Source: Lama guanicoe (lineage: Eukaryota). From it: a stretch of 64,000 nt of DNA. This document shows, one piece after another, positions 61,373-64,000 of this stretch (position 1 is the first letter of the stretch; every line of letters starts with the position of its first letter). The position numbers and the translations under genes were made by a program. The notes under the pieces are model-generated. The model did no database searches and had not been told where the DNA came from. It saw only the letters and a list, made by a program, of their open reading frames with translations. The stretch is from assembly GCA_013239625.1 (NCBI GenBank), contig MU056029.1, positions 496,001 to 560,000 of the forward strand, given 5' to 3'.

Positions 61373-62014
61373 GCTTCCGCTTAGAGACCATCATTTAGAA
61401 CCTGCTCCTTGGGAGCTAGAGGAAATCTTTAGAAATCTGGTCTCAGTGCTTGATTTCACAGACAGATCCCTGAGGCCCAGGGCAAGAGACAGCGCAGACC
61501 ATTCAGTGGGGGCGGTGAGGGAGAGGTCTGCAGACCGTCTCCCCGCCCCATCAGCGCACACTTTAGACTGTGTGGAACTCTCTAGAAAAGCCTGCTTCTG
61601 TCAAAGCCAAATTAATGCTGCGCTGTGCCTTTGTGAGTGAGTGACCATGCTTTCAGATCAAGGAGGAGTGGCATGATTCACGCAGATCATCCCCTAACCC
61701 TGCTGACTGTGATCGGGTAAAGGTGATTCCTGATGCCTCCCTGCCTCACTCCATCCTTGAGAGACTTTGAAGTGATAAAGGAGAGGACCTGGGCTTCCTC
61801 CAGTTTGGCCCAGCTGCAAAAGCCTGCACTCACTGAGAAACTGGGATGGGGGTTAGTATGCAAAAGAGCCACTGCGAGGCTGAAAATGAAGTCCTGTTCA
61901 AGAGCTGTCCGTGCCATCTGGGTAGTGTTCAGGACTCTCTCTAACAAGCACCTGGGGTTGAATCTGAATTAGATTATCCTGTGACCCCACCTGAAAGAAG
62001 GATGGTTAAGAGCC

Positions 62015-62150
62015 TCCCTGCTCAGAGTGTGGTCCATAGACAGGCAGGTGCAGCGCCACCTGGAATCTGTGAGAAATTCAGAATCTTAGCCACACCCTCC
62101 ATTGACTGGGTGAGAATCTGAATTCTCATTCGAGTTTGAGAAGCCCTGCT
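62015..62150. mobile_element. MER5-like hAT MITE
   Basis: GCTCAGAGTGTGGTCC...GAGAAATTCAGAATCT...AGTTTGAGAAGCCCTG. Confidence 0.6.
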
Positions 62151-62320
62151 TTAGCTGGATCGTGTCCATGTGGACTTGCAGATTTCCTGCAATCCCCTGA
62201 TGGTGGGATTGTCCAACTCATTACTCGCCAGGATGTTTCAAAGATGCCCAAACACTTAAAATCATTCTTCACCACCCTGAGAAAGTTATTACCAAGAACT
62301 GTGAAGGGTCAGGGATTCTG

Positions 62321-62790
62321 TTTTTTTTTTTTTATTGAAGTATAGCTGGTTTACAATGTTGTGTCAATTTCAGGTGTTCAGCGTAATGCTTTAGTCATAT
62401 AGGAACATACATATATTCATTTTCATATTCTTTTTCCTATAAGATATTGACTATAGTTCCTTGTGCTATACAGTATAAACTTGATGTTTATCTATTTTAT
62501 ATATAGTAGTTAGTATCTGCAAATCTCAAACTCCAAATTTATCCCTTCCCACTCCCTTCCCCTACTGATAACCGTAAATTTGTTTCCTATGTCTGTGAGT
62601 CTGTTTTGTAAGTACATTAATTTGTGTCTTTTTTTTTAAGATTCCACATATGGGTGATATCATATGGTAGTTTTCTTTCTCTTTCTGGCTTACTTCACTT
62701 AGAATGACAATCTCCAGGTCCATCCATCTTGCTGCAAATGGCTTTATTTTATTCTTTTTTATGGCTGTGTAGTATTCCATTATATAAATA
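62321..62790 (-). mobile_element. L1 3' end (camelid type)
   Basis: Minus ORF MEYYTAIKKNKIKPFAARWMDLEIVILSEVSQKEK is the L1 ORF2 C-terminus. Poly-T tail at left. Confidence 0.93.
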
Positions 62791-63706
62791 TAATATTTAA
62801 TTTCTAGATCCCTTAAACTTCTGGGCTATTTCTTTACATAAGCTGCTTGCAGATTCTATTCTGCTTTACAGAGTTTAGCAGGGGATGAGCAGGGAAGCCA
62901 AAGTCAGAGATAGTTTATTTAGCTACAAATAAATCCCTTCTACAATTTTTATGTAAAAAGATAGGGAATAAAATGATGTTTTCAAAATAGTTATGATTTT
63001 ATTTCTCAGTGCTAAACTCTGCTACCATGGACACACAAGATTGGTCTCTTCTTTATTTTAGGACTCAGTTCAACTAAAAGACAATTCAAGTATAATTGTT
63101 GGTGTTGTCATATGTGGGCGAGAAAAGATACTTGAGAGTTTTTCCCTCATTTAAGTAGCATAATAAACTAAAGATGACAAAGGGCAGAAAGATATTCTTT
63201 TATTAATGGAATAATTACTAATGACTACAACAGCAGTCATTAGATTTAACTTATTTCCAAAGATGTGTCAAAACATGTTTTTAATTATTCATTGTTCTGT
63301 ATGTACAAGGCAAGCCTTCACCCATGCAACGTAAGGAACACCATCTCTTTCTGGAGGATGTTTGGGTCCTGTTGATGTGCTGGGACTGGTGCTCTCAACC
63401 CAACTGCCGTGCACCCTCAAGGCAGGGATTCACCTGGTCAGTGGCTCCTGCATGTCCATATGCTCCTGCTCTGTCCCAGATCCCTAACTCTGTCTGTCCC
63501 TCACCAATGTCCCCAATATCCTTGTCATAGTGTGACCAGGAGTGGAAAGCTCTTAATAAACAGAAGAGCTGAAACTAGCAAAAACAATCAGATTTTCCCT
63601 CTGTGAATGGAACAGAGAAGTGTGGAGAGAGGGTCCCGCCAGTTCCATGAGAAGATGCCAAAATGAAGCAACGAGACCTGCCCCGGAGACCATTCGGGAG
63701 CTGGAG

Positions 63707-63719
63707 TGCTGAGTCAGCA
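63707..63719. promoter_or_regulatory. Perfect Maf recognition element (T-MARE)
   Basis: TGCTGAGTCAGCA, an exact 13-bp consensus containing the AP-1 core. Confidence 0.4.
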
Positions 63720-64000
63720 GAAGTCATGCACAAGTTATTTAGGGAAGCAGTCGAGGTGGGCAGCTGGGGCAACAGGAGTGTCACAAACAGAGATGGAGAA
63801 GCTGAGGGATCGCAGGGGCCAGAGGTAGCAGTGTCCTACTGCTGCCTTGGGTCTGCAGCTGACACTTCTGGCACAATTACAGTTCTTTATTTCCACCCAA
63901 GGCCATCCACGCACTGTTCCTGAGTTCCTATGAGATTTCACCCCCTTTAGTTCCACATTCATCCTTATTATCAAGACTCCATCACTGGAAGTTGACTGAA

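Noticed and set aside
1..64000. ORF-track ORFs as host protein-coding genes
   Set aside because: All are short (at most 172 aa), overlap in several frames, and mostly lie in LTRs, L1s or simple repeats. I recognise no host protein domain and no consistent exon chain.

Overview
This is mammalian, very probably camelid (camel/alpaca/llama), non-coding genomic DNA. The taxon call rests on nine copies of a tRNA-Ala-derived SINE with the ...AAATAAACCTAATTACCTCCCC tail I recognise as the camelid vic-1 type. I cannot support any protein-coding exon, RNA gene, CRISPR array or prokaryotic system. The only recognisable peptides are decayed transposon remnants (hAT-Charlie transposase, L1 ORF2 C-terminus, CR1/L3 reverse transcriptase). 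The window is dominated by interspersed repeats: about 21 ERV-type LTRs (mostly solo, several with 4-bp target-site duplications), MaLR/MLT2 LTRs, L1 3' ends, L2/MIR/L3 relics, and MER20/MER5/MER53/MER82/Charlie DNA transposons. The interesting signal is architectural. (i) The ERV LTRs are strongly biased to the minus strand (about 16 minus vs 5 plus). (ii) Four of the five plus-strand LTRs have an inverted relative within about 2 kb. (iii) One such pair sits head-to-head only 16 bp apart, each LTR with its own TSD, forming an imperfect palindrome of about 1.2 kb. (iv) There are several unusual insertion scars: a re-used L1 target site, an LTR carrying an inverted copy of its own U3 end, and a SINE-plus-flank patch inside a MaLR. 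All family names come from visual recall of consensus sequences and need RepeatMasker/Dfam confirmation. Labels A, B and D for LTR families are my own working labels.
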